This document shows positions 1 to 10,327 of a stretch of DNA of 64,000 nucleotides, one piece after another. The notes beneath the pieces were generated by a model. That model saw nothing but the letters and a program-made list of their open reading frames with translations. It did not search any database and was not told where the DNA came from. Positions within the stretch are counted from its first letter, which is position 1. Each line of letters opens with the position of its first letter. The position numbers and the translations under genes are program-made. Origin of the DNA: Chloroflexota bacterium (GTDB taxonomy: Bacteria > Chloroflexota > Dehalococcoidia > Lucifugimonadales > JADFKI01); contig JAQBUT010000008.1 in assembly GCA_027623195.1 (NCBI GenBank), positions 31,015-95,014 of the forward strand. The letters run 5' to 3'.

Positions 1-2690
1 GCTACGCCCACAACATCAAAAGCGCCAAGAGGCTGGCCGAGAGGGCCCGCCCCGAGGTGTGGGACATCCTGGAAGAGGTAGTGAAGGACAGGCCAGTTCT
101 TCTAAACCGAGCCCCTACCCTTCACAGGCTGGGTATTCAGGCATTCCATCCGGTGCTTATAGAGGGTAGCGCCATAAGGCTTCACCCGCTGGTGACGACG
201 GCTTTTAACGCCGACTTCGACGGAGACCAGATGGCTGTGCACGTACCCCTTTCTAGGGAGGCGGTGCAAGAGGCCAACCGGATGATGCTTAGCACTTACA
301 ACATGTTGGCGCCTAGCTCGGGTGAACCTATAGTCGCGCCAACCCTGGACATGGTGCTCGGCTGCTTCTACATGACGCAGATCGAGGAAGGCGCCAAAGG
401 CACCGGTCATGAGTTCTCCGACTTCGAGGACGCCCGTTTGGCTTACGAGGTAGGCGTGGTGGACCTTAGGGCATTGGTCAAGATCAAGCATGGGCCCGAG
501 TCTTTGGTAAACGCCGAAACAAACGTGTCGGGTTCGTTGGAGACAACCGTGGGCCGCATGATCTTTAACGAGAATGTGCCTGACGAGCTTGGTTACCGCA
601 ACGGAGAGATAGACAAGGACGCGCTGAAATCCATCACGTCTGAGGCGCACACTATCCTAGGCAACGTGAAGACGGCAGTGATTTTGGACGCATTCAAGGA
701 TTTGGGCTTCCATTACGCATCCAAGGCCGGCATCACCATAGCCATTAATGACATTGAGATCTCGCCTGAAAAGGACGTGATCGTGGGCTTGGCCGAAACC
801 AAGGTCACTCAACTGGAACAGCAGTACATGGACGGCCTCATCACAGAAGATGAGCGTTACCGTACTGCAGTGGACATCTGGACCAGGGCCAGTGACGACG
901 TTACCCAGATGGTGCAGGACAACCTGAAGAACTACGGTGGCATCTACGTTATGGCCGCCTCGGGCGCCAAGGGTAACATCGCGCAGATAAAGCAGATGGC
1001 CGGTATGCGTGGACTGATGTCGGACCCCAAGGGACGTATTATTGAGCGGCCCATCAAGGCAAACTTCCGCGAGGGACTGAGTGTTCTGGAGTATTTCCTT
1101 TCGACGCACGGTGCTCGTAAGGGACTGGCTGACACGGCCCTGAGAACTGCGGACAGCGGCTATCTGACCAGGCGTCTCATCGACGTAGCCCAGGAGATCA
1201 TCGTATTGTCCGACGACTGCGAGACTGCAGGCGGCATATGGGTAGAGAACGGTGTGCAGGATTCTCTGCTTACGCCGTTTACGGACAAGGTTCGCGGCCG
1301 TTATCTGGCTGCGCCTGTTGCTGATGCAGAAACAGGCGAAATCATCGTCGACAAAGGAGAGTTGCTTAACGACATAACTCTCGCGAAGCTGCAGGAGGCA
1401 AATACGCCTGGAGTGTTCGCACGATCACCTTTGGCCTGCGAGGCTCGACGTGGTGTATGCAGGTTGTGCTATGGCGTATCCATGGCCACGTGGGACCCCG
1501 TCCTCATCGGTGAGGCGGTAGGCATTATCGCAGCACAAAGCATTGGTGAGCCTGGCACGCAGCTTACTATGCGTACCTTCCACACAGGAGGTATCGCCGG
1601 TGCCGACATCACCAGCGGTCTGCCCAGGGTGGAGGAGCTATTTGAGGCTCGTACACCTAAGGGTGAAGCGGTGCTTTCTGAGATTGACGGTACCGTGGAA
1701 GTCCATGACTCCACTGAAGGTCGCACAATACAGGTGATAAGTACTGAAGACTTCAGTGACGAGTACATCTTGCCGGCCGGCTATCAGGTGCAGGTCAGCG
1801 AGGGTGACATCGTTAATGTCGGCGCGCAACTGGCAGTCAATGGCGAAGAGGAAAGTGGTGAAGAAACCACAGCGCTGGCGTCCAACGATATCATCGCCAG
1901 GGTCTCAGGTGTCGTCCGGATAGAAGGCGATACCCTGAGCATAAGTTGGACCGACGAGGACCAAAGAGAGTACGTGATTCCTGCTGCTTCCCACATCATG
2001 GTGGCGTCAGGGGACCAGGTGGCAGCCGGAGAAACATTAACGGCAGGCCCCAAAAACCCGCAGCAGATCCTGAGAATACAGGGTCGCGAGGCCGTGCAGC
2101 AATACCTCATTGAAGAGGTTCAGAAGGTGTATCGGTCCCAGGGTGTGACCATTCATAACAAACACATAGAGGTCATCATTTCCCAGATGCTGCGCAAGGT
2201 GAGGATCGATAGTCCTGGCGACACGGGGTTGCTGCCGGGTGAGCTGGTGGACCGCCAACCCTACGAGGACATAAACGCCGGCATATTGGCGGAGGGTGGA
2301 GAGCCTGCTACGGCTAGCCCTGTTCTCCTGGGTATAACCAGAGCCTCCCTCAACATGGAAAGCTTCTTGGCCGCGGCGTCCTTCCAGGAGACCACACGGG
2401 TGCTCACAGAGGCTGCAGTTAATGGCCAAGTGGACTACCTCCGAGGTCTAAAAGAGAACGTCATAATCGGTAGGTTGATACCTGCCCGCCTGGATGGCAC
2501 CGTGGAAGGACGCAAATACCTGGGCATTCCCGAGGAGCCGGAACTAGAGCCAATCGGAATACTATCGAACCCTCTTGACGGGGACGGTTTCCAAGAAGGC
2601 GAGTCCGGTGAAATTGTGGAAGACCAGATTGCTCCAGCAGGATTTGACATGGAAAAGGCTGTGGAGGAAACGCCGGTGGGTGACGACTAG
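1..2690 (+). CDS. rpoC: DNA-directed RNA polymerase beta' subunit, 5'-truncated by the window edge
   Basis: NADFDGD catalytic motif, [27 protein letters not shown]. The frame stays open to position 3 ([10 protein letters not shown]). Confidence 0.99.
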   Translation, partial: YAHNIKSAKRLAERARPEVWDILEEVVKDRPVLLNRAPTLHRLGIQAFHPVLIEGSAIRLHPLVTTAFNADFDGDQMAVHVPLSREAVQEANRMMLSTYNMLAPSSGEPIVAPTLDMVLGCFYMTQIEEGAKGTGHEFSDFEDARLAYEVGVVDLRALVKIKHGPESLVNAETNVSGSLETTVGRMIFNENVPDELGYRNGEIDKDALKSITSEAHTILGNVKTAVILDAFKDLGFHYASKAGITIAINDIEISPEKDVIVGLAETKVTQLEQQYMDGLITEDERYRTAVDIWTRASDDVTQMVQDNLKNYGGIYVMAASGAKGNIAQIKQMAGMRGLMSDPKGRIIERPIKANFREGLSVLEYFLSTHGARKGLADTALRTADSGYLTRRLIDVAQEIIVLSDDCETAGGIWVENGVQDSLLTPFTDKVRGRYLAAPVADAETGEIIVDKGELLNDITLAKLQEANTPGVFARSPLACEARRGVCRLCYGVSMATWDPVLIGEAVGIIAAQSIGEPGTQLTMRTFHTGGIAGADITSGLPRVEELFEARTPKGEAVLSEIDGTVEVHDSTEGRTIQVISTEDFSDEYILPAGYQVQVSEGDIVNVGAQLAVNGEEESGEETTALASNDIIARVSGVVRIEGDTLSISWTDEDQREYVIPAASHIMVASGDQVAAGETLTAGPKNPQQILRIQGREAVQQYLIEEVQKVYRSQGVTIHNKHIEVIISQMLRKVRIDSPGDTGLLPGELVDRQPYEDINAGILAEGGEPATASPVLLGITRASLNMESFLAAASFQETTRVLTEAAVNGQVDYLRGLKENVIIGRLIPARLDGTVEGRKYLGIPEEPELEPIGILSNPLDGDGFQEGESGEIVEDQIAPAGFDMEKAVEETPVGDD

Positions 2691-2719
2691 GCACAGGTAG
2701 ACAAGTAAAAGTTAATTGT

Positions 2720-2746
2720 GGGGGCAGGCTTAACAAGCTTGCCCCC
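2720..2746 (+). terminator. GC-rich hairpin after rpoC, possible terminator
   Basis: gggggcaggctt-aac-aagcttgccccc; the U-tract is weak. Confidence 0.5.
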
Positions 2747-2799
2747 TGGTGTTAGTACGAACTCAGGTCATGCCACCCCCCTGTATCTTTTCTGAATTA

Positions 2800-2829
2800 T
2801 TGACCTGGGTTTTGTTCCCTTGCTACACT
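2800..2829 (+). promoter_or_regulatory. sigma70-type promoter for tRNA-Val
   Basis: TTGACC-N18-TACACT with TGn extended -10, 23 nt before the tRNA. Confidence 0.6.
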
Positions 2830-2852
2830 TTGTAGGCGTAAGAATACTTTTT

Positions 2853-2929
<77 letters not shown>

Positions 2930-3018
2930 TGCATCTAATCAGTTAGATAGCCCATCCCCCTTTAGCTTCCTTAGTTATGTTAAGGGGAAGATGCTTTCCA
3001 TATAGAGAGGAGTACTCC

Positions 3019-3444
3019 TTGGCAGACCAACCTAGCGAAAAGTCGATGGACCGAATGCGCAAAATGGTTGATAAGTTTTGCGAGAAGTCCGGAACCTTTA
3101 AGCATCCTGGCGAGGGTATCACCGAATCTGTCGTCCTCGGCCTTGCACAGAATATGGACGAACTTGGCAGGCCATTATGTCCCTGTAGGTTCTACCCGGA
3201 CAAGAACGAGGAAGCCAAACATCGCACGTGGATGTGCCCCTGCGATGACATGCAGATATACAAGTACTGCCATTGAATGCTTTTTGTGACGGAAGAGGGT
3301 CTTCCGATAACGGAGCATCTGCCTGAGGATCACGAAGGGCTTCAAATGTACGGTGAGGTGAAAGATCCCACCCCGAACAAGGGCAGGGCATTACGAGATA
3401 AGGCGGAAGAGCGCGAGATAGAACGAAAAGAACGCCCTTCTTAA
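3019..3444 (+). CDS. ftrC: Ferredoxin:thioredoxin reductase catalytic subunit, predicted selenoprotein (Sec at TGA 3274-3276), about 141 aa
   Basis: CPC...CPC...CH(TGA)MLFV matches the FTR CPC/CPC/CHC motifs. The frame stays open for 55 codons after the TGA to TAA 3442-3444. TTG start follows GAGAGGAG. trxA is directly downstream. Confidence 0.9.
3290..3306 (+). promoter_or_regulatory. SECIS-like hairpin in ftrC
   Basis: cggaaga-GGG-tcttccg; the loop starts 20 nt after the UGA. Confidence 0.7.
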
Positions 3445-3483
3445 ATCAACCAAATTGATGCGGCAAAAGACATGGAGGTCTAG

Positions 3484-3813
3484 ATGGCAGTACCAATAGC
3501 GGTAACAGACGCAAATTTCGACGAAGAAGTATTACAGTCGGACATCCCCGTTCTGGTGGACTTTTGGGCGGAGTGGTGTGGCCCATGCAAGATGATATCG
3601 CCCGTAGTAGATGAGCTGGCGGAAGAGTATGACGGCAAGGTGAAATTCACCAAAGTCGACGTGGACTCCAATCCCAAGACAGCCATGAATTACGGCATCC
3701 GAGGCATTCCTGCACTGCTTATCTTCGATGGCGGCAAAGTGGCCAAACAGGTCGTTGGCGCTGTGCCTAAGGCCTCCCTGAAGAAAAGTATCGACGAAGC
3801 CATCGGGGGGTAA
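3484..3813 (+). CDS. trxA: Thioredoxin
   Basis: WCGPC active site, 109 aa, GGAGG RBS. Confidence 0.98.
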   Translation: MAVPIAVTDANFDEEVLQSDIPVLVDFWAEWCGPCKMISPVVDELAEEYDGKVKFTKVDVDSNPKTAMNYGIRGIPALLIFDGGKVAKQVVGAVPKASLKKSIDEAIGG

Positions 3814-3847
3814 CGGGCCAGAACCCTCCCTCCTATTTAGGAAATCG

Positions 3848-3899
3848 AATGGGCCTGCCGCTTCGGTAAAGAGTCGGGTGCGGCAGGCCCATTATTTTG
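3848..3899 (+). terminator. Rho-independent terminator after trxA
   Basis: 14-bp stem aatgggcctgccgc/gcggcaggcccatt followed by attttg. Confidence 0.7.
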
Positions 3900-3944
3900 T
3901 TCGCGTATTTTGGGTTCCGGTAATCAAATGCGCTGCCATAACGG

Positions 3945-3973
3945 TTGACCAGGCGCCCTAGAGCGGCTAACAT
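3945..3973 (+). promoter_or_regulatory. sigma70-type promoter for tRNA-Asp
   Basis: TTGACC-N17-TAACAT. Confidence 0.55.
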
Positions 3974-4022
3974 TTAATTGGGCGTTTAGGCTCAATTTTT
4001 TGAGCACTCAGCTCATATTCGC

Positions 4023-4099
4023 GGCCCCGTGGTGTAGTGGTTTAACATGCAGCCCTGTCAAGGCTGAGATCGCCGGTTCGAATCCGGTCGGGGTCGCCA
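4023..4099 (+). tRNA. tRNA-Asp(GTC)
   Basis: Acceptor ggccccg/cggggtc, anticodon arm cagcc-ctGTCaa-ggctg, GGTTCGAATCC T-arm, CCA. Confidence 0.97.
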
Positions 4100-4412
4100 C
4101 CAGTTCAAACTTCAGCCATCGTTGTATTTCTCAATTTGCCTCCAAGATATTCTTAGCGCTTCCCTTCGCAGGCTTGTAATTCGGTCGTAATCAGGGAAAC
4201 TCCGTCTAGCCACGCCACGTTTTTCCAAACTGTGCACCTCTGCTCACCGACTCCCAATTCCCACTCATTTATGCTGCCGACCGCCACGCAAAAAATGGGC
4301 TGGCGGACCTATTTATCCTTTCTGCCTAAATCGGTATATACTGTTGCCCAATCGGGTATGCCGACGAACGGCATGACTTTTAGCAAGAGTGGTATAGAAG
4401 GAGGTCCGGAGT

Positions 4413-6101
4413 ATGGCCAAGGTAGAAGGCAGCTACTTAGTAGCTAAGGCGATTCAAAATGAGGGCATAACCACGCTTTTCGGGTTACCCGGGGGGCCGG
4501 TGGTGGAGGTAATAGGATTTGCGGCTCAGCTAGGCGTAAGGCCAATTAGCGTAAGGCATGAGCAGGCCGCCGCGCTCTCAGCCGCCGCATACGGCTATGT
4601 CAGGAACGAGGTTGGCGTTTGCGTGCTGGCTGCAGGGCCTGGTGTAACGAACGCTTTGACAGGCGCGCACGTGGCCTTCGACAACGGCCTACCCATAGTG
4701 CTCCTGGGAGGGTCCGGCCCTCAGCATGGGCGTTACTCCGGCACGTTCCAAGAGACAGATAACGTGCCGATGTTCAAGAGTATTACCAAGATGTCGGTTC
4801 AGATAGATAGCGCAGCCCGCATTCCTGAATACATGTCCATGGCGTTCCGGAAGGCCCGAAGCGGCCGTCCTGGACCAGTCTACCTGGACCTTCCTTCAGA
4901 CGTTCTTCAGGCAGAGGTCGAGGAAGATGACGTCAAGTGGCCGGTGAATTATTTCGCGGACGTGCATCCCATGGGCGACGCCAATCAGGTGAAGAAGGCC
5001 GCCGAACTGCTGCTAAACGCTGAAAGGCCGTTGATGATTGTCGGCAAGGGCGTTCGCTGGTCTGAGCCTACTGAAGAGCTCAAGGGTCTGGTTGAGGAAC
5101 TGGGCATGCCTTTCATATCGTCACCAATGGGACGCGGCTTCATTCCGGACGACCATCCCTTGAATGCTGCTGCCGCTCGTAGCACAGCAATCCGAGGTGC
5201 AGATGTTGTTCTTATGGTCGGCGCCAGGATGAACTGGATGTTCGATTTCGGTCGAGGGTTTGCACCCGATGCCAAGATCATCCACGTAGACATCGAGCCG
5301 GGAGAAATCGGTATCAACCGAGCCGTTGAGGTCGGCATTGTAGGCGACGCCAAGGGCGTTCTGCAGCAGATATTGACGGAGATTGATGGCAAGACGGACG
5401 GCATAGCGGATAAGGCCGAAGAAGGGCCGTGGCTAACATCTATCCGCGACAAGGCCGCTTCCAACGGAGCCGCTATCGAGCCCCTTTTGAACTCTGACAG
5501 CGATCCTATCCGCACATTCAGGATGATGAAGGAGATTCGCGACGTCTTCCCCAGGGATACCATCTACTGCGTGGACGGCCAGATGACTTTGGGCACAGGT
5601 CGGCAGGTGCTCCAAAGCTACACACCGGCAAGTCGCCTAAACTCAGGCTCCAATGGCTGCGTGGGCGTGGGAGTGCCCTTCGCTGTTGGCGCCAAGCTTG
5701 GCCGACCGGACGTGCCTGTTGTTAGCATCAACGGCGACTGCGCCTTCGGATTCAACGCCATGGAGATGGAGACGGCGGTACGCCACGGTATTCCCGCGAT
5801 ATTCATCATCAACAACAACTCGGGCATCGTTGGTGGCACTATGGAGGCGAAAATGGGCCTTCCCGAAGGATACGGTGAGAGAGTGGCGACCTATGTTCAG
5901 GACATTCGCTACGACAAGATTATCGAAGCCTTTGGTGGATATGCAGAGAACGTTACCCATCCAGAGGAGCTACGACCTGCCCTGGAGCGGGCGTACGAGG
6001 CGACAAAGGCCGGCAAGGTTGCATGCATTAATGTCATTTCTGAGCATATGGAGATGATGGTCAACACTGCCACACGGGCCAGCGCCCTGATGGGTTACTA
6101 A
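4413..6101 (+). CDS. Thiamine-diphosphate-dependent enzyme (2-hydroxyacyl-CoA lyase / oxalyl-CoA decarboxylase / ALS-like)
   Basis: RHEQAA, GPGxTN, GRPGPVYLDLP, and the ThDP motif GDCAFGF...NN. Confidence 0.9.
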   Translation: MAKVEGSYLVAKAIQNEGITTLFGLPGGPVVEVIGFAAQLGVRPISVRHEQAAALSAAAYGYVRNEVGVCVLAAGPGVTNALTGAHVAFDNGLPIVLLGGSGPQHGRYSGTFQETDNVPMFKSITKMSVQIDSAARIPEYMSMAFRKARSGRPGPVYLDLPSDVLQAEVEEDDVKWPVNYFADVHPMGDANQVKKAAELLLNAERPLMIVGKGVRWSEPTEELKGLVEELGMPFISSPMGRGFIPDDHPLNAAAARSTAIRGADVVLMVGARMNWMFDFGRGFAPDAKIIHVDIEPGEIGINRAVEVGIVGDAKGVLQQILTEIDGKTDGIADKAEEGPWLTSIRDKAASNGAAIEPLLNSDSDPIRTFRMMKEIRDVFPRDTIYCVDGQMTLGTGRQVLQSYTPASRLNSGSNGCVGVGVPFAVGAKLGRPDVPVVSINGDCAFGFNAMEMETAVRHGIPAIFIINNNSGIVGGTMEAKMGLPEGYGERVATYVQDIRYDKIIEAFGGYAENVTHPEELRPALERAYEATKAGKVACINVISEHMEMMVNTATRASALMGY

Positions 6102-6123
6102 ACCCGAGATTAGGAATTAGAGT

Positions 6124-6171
6124 GAGCCGGGTACAAGCTGAGCTTCAGCCTGTGCCCGGCTCTTTGGTTTT
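6124..6171 (+). terminator. Rho-independent terminator
   Basis: gagccgggtaca...tgtgcccggctc followed by tttggtttt. Confidence 0.65.
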
Positions 6172-6197
6172 ATCAACATGACAAATTGGAGGATAGC

Positions 6198-6749
6198 ATG
6201 GCTAGAATACCGCAACTGACGACGAAAGAGGATGTGCCCCAGGAGCACCAGCACATCGTTGAAGAGATTATGGGGAGCCGAGGCGGTCGCATAAGCGGGC
6301 CCTTCTCGGTCCTTTTGCATAACCCGGAGGCTGCAGGGCGATCGGCCCATCTGGGAAGCGCGCTACGATTCGACTCCACCACCCTCACCAAAGACCTGTT
6401 GGAGATTGCCATCAACACCGCGGCCAGGGAGAGCGACTGCGGTTACCAGTGGGCAGGACACTATAAGCTGGCTCGGGAAGCCGGCGTCAGCGAGGCCACG
6501 TTGGACGTCATAGCCAACCACGGCTCGCTGGGCTCTCTCTCCGAGGACGAGGCCCTGGTAGTGCAGTACGGCAGAGAGCTATTTCGCGATCACAGGATAT
6601 CCGAGGCCACTTACGCTGCTGCTTCTGAGCGGTTCGGCACGCGCGGACTGGTTGATCTAACGGCCCTGATGGGTTATTACGGCATGCTTGCGTGTTCCCT
6701 AAACGCCTTTGACGTGCAACCTCCGTCTGACGCTCCTAAGCTGCCCTAG
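6198..6749 (+). CDS. Carboxymuconolactone decarboxylase / AhpD-like family protein
   Basis: GPFxxLLHxP, ExAI...AR...C.YQW..H, GLVDLTALMGYY pattern. ATG follows GGAGG. Confidence 0.8.
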   Translation: MARIPQLTTKEDVPQEHQHIVEEIMGSRGGRISGPFSVLLHNPEAAGRSAHLGSALRFDSTTLTKDLLEIAINTAARESDCGYQWAGHYKLAREAGVSEATLDVIANHGSLGSLSEDEALVVQYGRELFRDHRISEATYAAASERFGTRGLVDLTALMGYYGMLACSLNAFDVQPPSDAPKLP

Positions 6750-7013
6750 CGTCCTTAAATATACGATGCTGTGGCCAGGTTGTGCGGCAAATCATGGCCT
6801 TCTGGTAATGCCTAGTCGGCCCCCGTCGCCGACCTGCCGAACGATGAACCTGGCCACGCTTTACCCTTTCACCATCCTCTGGTATATTGTGCTCCGTAGG
6901 CCGAATACGTGCGTGGGAAAACATTATTATGGTCTGGAAATATGGGATTTTCCCACTTACATTTAATTCGGTCATCACTGGAGAATTTGTTAGCTAGATA
7001 GAGAGGGATATTT

Positions 7014-8306
7014 ATGGCAAAGAAGGTAGGTCAGTATATAGAGCGGCCCGGCAGGCAGCCTGGTGATGCCCCGATCATCATTCCGGTGGCCGAAAGCTTA
7101 ATGACGGAGCCAGGCATCCCAACTCGTGAGCGAGACGTTTCGTTCTTCAGTCGAGAAGACCCAATAGAAAACATGGCTCTTTCTGAGAGCGCCTCGGCTG
7201 AGTGGTCAAGGGAAGAGCGCATCCAGCATTCACCTGAGGCCAACGAATTCTTCGACAAGCATGAGGAGAATATGGGGCCAATTGTAGAGTGGGTGAGGCA
7301 CAGTGGTGACCTTGAGCCCACCGGCTCCCCCTCAGGTGTTGATGTCTCGGAGGCAATTCGAGAGAAGGCCCGAGAGCTTGGCTATGGCGAGGTAGGATTT
7401 ACCCGAAACGACGCACACTACGTTTACCAGAGCCGCAAGCGCCCGCTAAGGAACGACCTGCCGCATGCAATATGTCTTGCGTTGGAACAGGACTATGTTA
7501 AGACGCAGACCATTCCTAGTATGGATGCTGAGGACACCCATTTCGGCACCTATGAAGATCAGGGACCGAAGTCCCAGGAGCTTACCGACTTTATAAGGGA
7601 CCTTGGGTACAGCATTCAGGTCTCTGGTCCTACGTGGCATTACGGGCCTATGATTCCGCTGTTTGTTCAGGCGGGCCTTGGCCAGCTTGGCGCCAACGGC
7701 CAGTTGCTGTCACCTCACTTCGGCTCCCGCGCGCGACTGCAGATCATCTATACCGATGCGAAGGTCACCTACGACGAGCCTATCGACTACGGCATTCACC
7801 AGTTTTGTAACGAGTGCCAGGTATGCGTCAACCGCTGCCCTGGCCGCGCTCTTATGGCCGATAAGGTCTGGTACAGAGGCGTCGAGAAGAACAAGCTGGT
7901 ATTCAAGCGGTGCAGGCCGGTCATGGCCAGGTACCTCGGCTGTGGTGTCTGCATGAAGGTCTGCCCTATCCAGAAGTACGGAATGAAGCCCGTAATGGAA
8001 CATTACGTCGAGACCGATGGCGAAATACTGGGCAAGAATACAGATAACCTTGAAGGCTACTCGTTCCCAGATAAAGGTTACTTCGGTCCAGGTCAGCTTC
8101 CCACATTTGAGCGAACGTTCTTCGATATGCCCAAAGGTCGAGCAGAGGACTGGCTGCTGCTGGAATTCCGCGACAAGCTCTTCGAGAATGCCGCGGCTGA
8201 GGGCAAGGATAAAGAGGATATGTGGACGGAGTTCCGAGAAAAGGTAGAGCAGTCCATGGACCGTCGAGGCATGGCCGTTGATATGGGCATGGATCTGGGG
8301 GTTTAG
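7014..8306 (+). CDS. Reductive dehalogenase / QueG-like cobalamin and 2x[4Fe-4S] protein, no TAT signal
   Basis: AGLGQLGANGQLLSPHFGSRARL...TD, FCNECQVCVNRCP and C...CGVCMKVCP. Confidence 0.8.
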   Translation: MAKKVGQYIERPGRQPGDAPIIIPVAESLMTEPGIPTRERDVSFFSREDPIENMALSESASAEWSREERIQHSPEANEFFDKHEENMGPIVEWVRHSGDLEPTGSPSGVDVSEAIREKARELGYGEVGFTRNDAHYVYQSRKRPLRNDLPHAICLALEQDYVKTQTIPSMDAEDTHFGTYEDQGPKSQELTDFIRDLGYSIQVSGPTWHYGPMIPLFVQAGLGQLGANGQLLSPHFGSRARLQIIYTDAKVTYDEPIDYGIHQFCNECQVCVNRCPGRALMADKVWYRGVEKNKLVFKRCRPVMARYLGCGVCMKVCPIQKYGMKPVMEHYVETDGEILGKNTDNLEGYSFPDKGYFGPGQLPTFERTFFDMPKGRAEDWLLLEFRDKLFENAAAEGKDKEDMWTEFREKVEQSMDRRGMAVDMGMDLGV

Positions 8307-8352
8307 CCGCTCCGGAGGCAATCAACGACCAGGCTAATATGGTTGGTAACTT

Positions 8353-8391
8353 GGCGGGGACGCTTTTCATATGCGTCCCCGCCTTTATTTT
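8353..8391 (+). terminator. Rho-independent terminator
   Basis: ggcggggacgc/gcgtccccgcc followed by tttatttt. Confidence 0.8.
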
Positions 8392-8443
8392 AGGCGGAGA
8401 TTCTTGACCGCCATGCACCCGTCTACATCGCACCGCATGGCGT

Positions 8444-8473
8444 TTGACGAGCAAATCACGCCGGTGCTACACT
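8444..8473 (+). promoter_or_regulatory. sigma70-type promoter, possibly driving the DUF255-grd operon
   Basis: TTGACG-N18-TACACT with TGn. Confidence 0.5.
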
Positions 8474-8545
8474 GGGGTAATTTCGCTCCGACTATTTCCG
8501 TCCTAACGTTGGGCAACTACCCAAAAAAACGTCCGAAACGAGGGT

Positions 8546-10291
8546 ATGTTTCGATTTTCGCCAAATCCCAACAGAGCGCACCTTGTTAACTGGCGCGAGT
8601 GGGGCCTGGAAGCATTCGAGGAGGCCCAGCGACAGGACAAGCTGGTCATGCTCTACCTCGGCGCCTTCTGGTGCGGCTTTTGTCAGCGTATGGACGAGAC
8701 CACGCTGTCCGTTGATGAGACCCAAACTCTGCTAAATGCCTACTTCATTCCAGTGCGCGTAGAGGATGCTCAGAGACCCGATCTCAACGCTCGCTATAGC
8801 CAGAACGGCTGGCCAACCATCGTCTTCATGACTCCACAGGGCGATCATGTGGCCAGTGTGAACTACATGCCGCCCAACGATTTTTGTGATGTTCTGGTTC
8901 GGCTTTACCAGATGTACACGGAGCAAAGGCAGGAGTTGGAGCAATCGCTTGCCGAGGCCAACCAGCAGTCATCCCAGGTTAGCACGACGTCTGAGCCTGC
9001 CAGCCCGCGTTCAGAGTCCGTCGCCGAGATCGCTGAAACGCTCATGGGTTTGGCAGACCCTATCTACGGCGGCTACGGACCGGACCACAAGTTCCTGCAT
9101 CCTGAGGCGCACCAGTTTCTGCTGTCCCGTTACCATGCTACCGGGGACCGTGCCTACGTAAACCATGTGGCCCTGTCTCTGGAGCAAATGAGGCGAAGCC
9201 AGACTCACGATAACCAGGACGGCGGGTTTCACCGCTACTCCTCAAAACGCGATTGGACAGAGCCCCACCAGGAGAAGCTGCTGGCAGACCATGCCGGATT
9301 GTTGAGCACATACCTCCACATGCTCGTCATTACTGGAGAGGCCAGGTACGAAGAAATGGCTCAGGAGATTATCGATTTTCTTGATCGAAGGCTCTCTGAT
9401 GCTGATGGCGTGGCGTTTCTAGGCTGTCAGGACTACGTTCGCGCAGTGACCAGGCGCATCTCCGAAGGCCAGGAGGCAACCCCCCGAGAACCCGGCAGCA
9501 CTTTTTGGATAATCGACGATTGGGTCTACACCGACGCCAACGCCCAGGCAGCCTCCGCCTACCTGCACGCATACCAGATACTTGGCGAATCTCGGCTAAG
9601 GGAAAGAGCTCTCAATGCTTTGGACTTTTTGTGGGAACATTGCCGGGACTCGGAAGGTCGCGTGTGCCACTACTTTGACGGTAGTCCCTACGTTCCGGGT
9701 CTTCTAATCGATAAGACGCATTTGGCCCATGCCAACTTGGATGCCCACGCCGTCACCGGTGAGCCTGGGTATTTGGAACGTGCAACGGCTCTAGGCCAAA
9801 GCATTCTCAGCGAGCACAAGAACCCCGCGGGCGGCTTCTACGACATTAGCGAGAATGGACCGGGACATCTTCGGCACAAGTTGACGTTGCTTACGGAGAA
9901 CGGCCTGGTGGCCTCGCTAATGCTCCGGCTGTCGGATGTCACTAGCGACATCTCTTTTGGCGAGGGCGCGACGTGGGCGCTGGGGGCCTTTACCGATGAC
10001 CTGTCCCCCTACGGAGTATTCGCTTCGGACTTCGGAATGGCCATGGCTGGGTACATGTCCTCTCCCCTCACCGTGACGCTGGAAGCAGCGCCGGGAGACC
10101 CCCAGGCTCGTGTGTTAGCGTTGTCCGCCATGGACCGATTGACTGAACGCCGCGTCACCTGGATTTTTCGACCGCCGGATGAAAAGGCGAAGGCTGCTTT
10201 ATACCTGGAGGATGGCGACTCCAAAGTAGGGCCAATATATGAACCGGCACAGTTAACGCCGGACCTGCTAACGGCGGCCCGTCTGTCTTAA
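8546..10291 (+). CDS. DUF255 / YyaL (SPATA20-like) thioredoxin-domain plus alpha/alpha-barrel protein
   Basis: VNWREWG.EAF..A...DK...WCGFC..MD..T, GWPT.VF.TP, GGFHRYS...W..PH.EKLL.D. Confidence 0.88.
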   Translation: MFRFSPNPNRAHLVNWREWGLEAFEEAQRQDKLVMLYLGAFWCGFCQRMDETTLSVDETQTLLNAYFIPVRVEDAQRPDLNARYSQNGWPTIVFMTPQGDHVASVNYMPPNDFCDVLVRLYQMYTEQRQELEQSLAEANQQSSQVSTTSEPASPRSESVAEIAETLMGLADPIYGGYGPDHKFLHPEAHQFLLSRYHATGDRAYVNHVALSLEQMRRSQTHDNQDGGFHRYSSKRDWTEPHQEKLLADHAGLLSTYLHMLVITGEARYEEMAQEIIDFLDRRLSDADGVAFLGCQDYVRAVTRRISEGQEATPREPGSTFWIIDDWVYTDANAQAASAYLHAYQILGESRLRERALNALDFLWEHCRDSEGRVCHYFDGSPYVPGLLIDKTHLAHANLDAHAVTGEPGYLERATALGQSILSEHKNPAGGFYDISENGPGHLRHKLTLLTENGLVASLMLRLSDVTSDISFGEGATWALGAFTDDLSPYGVFASDFGMAMAGYMSSPLTVTLEAAPGDPQARVLALSAMDRLTERRVTWIFRPPDEKAKAALYLEDGDSKVGPIYEPAQLTPDLLTAARLS

Positions 10292-10327
10292 TAGACCCTG
10301 CACCCGTTTAATGAGAGGTAATAAGTT

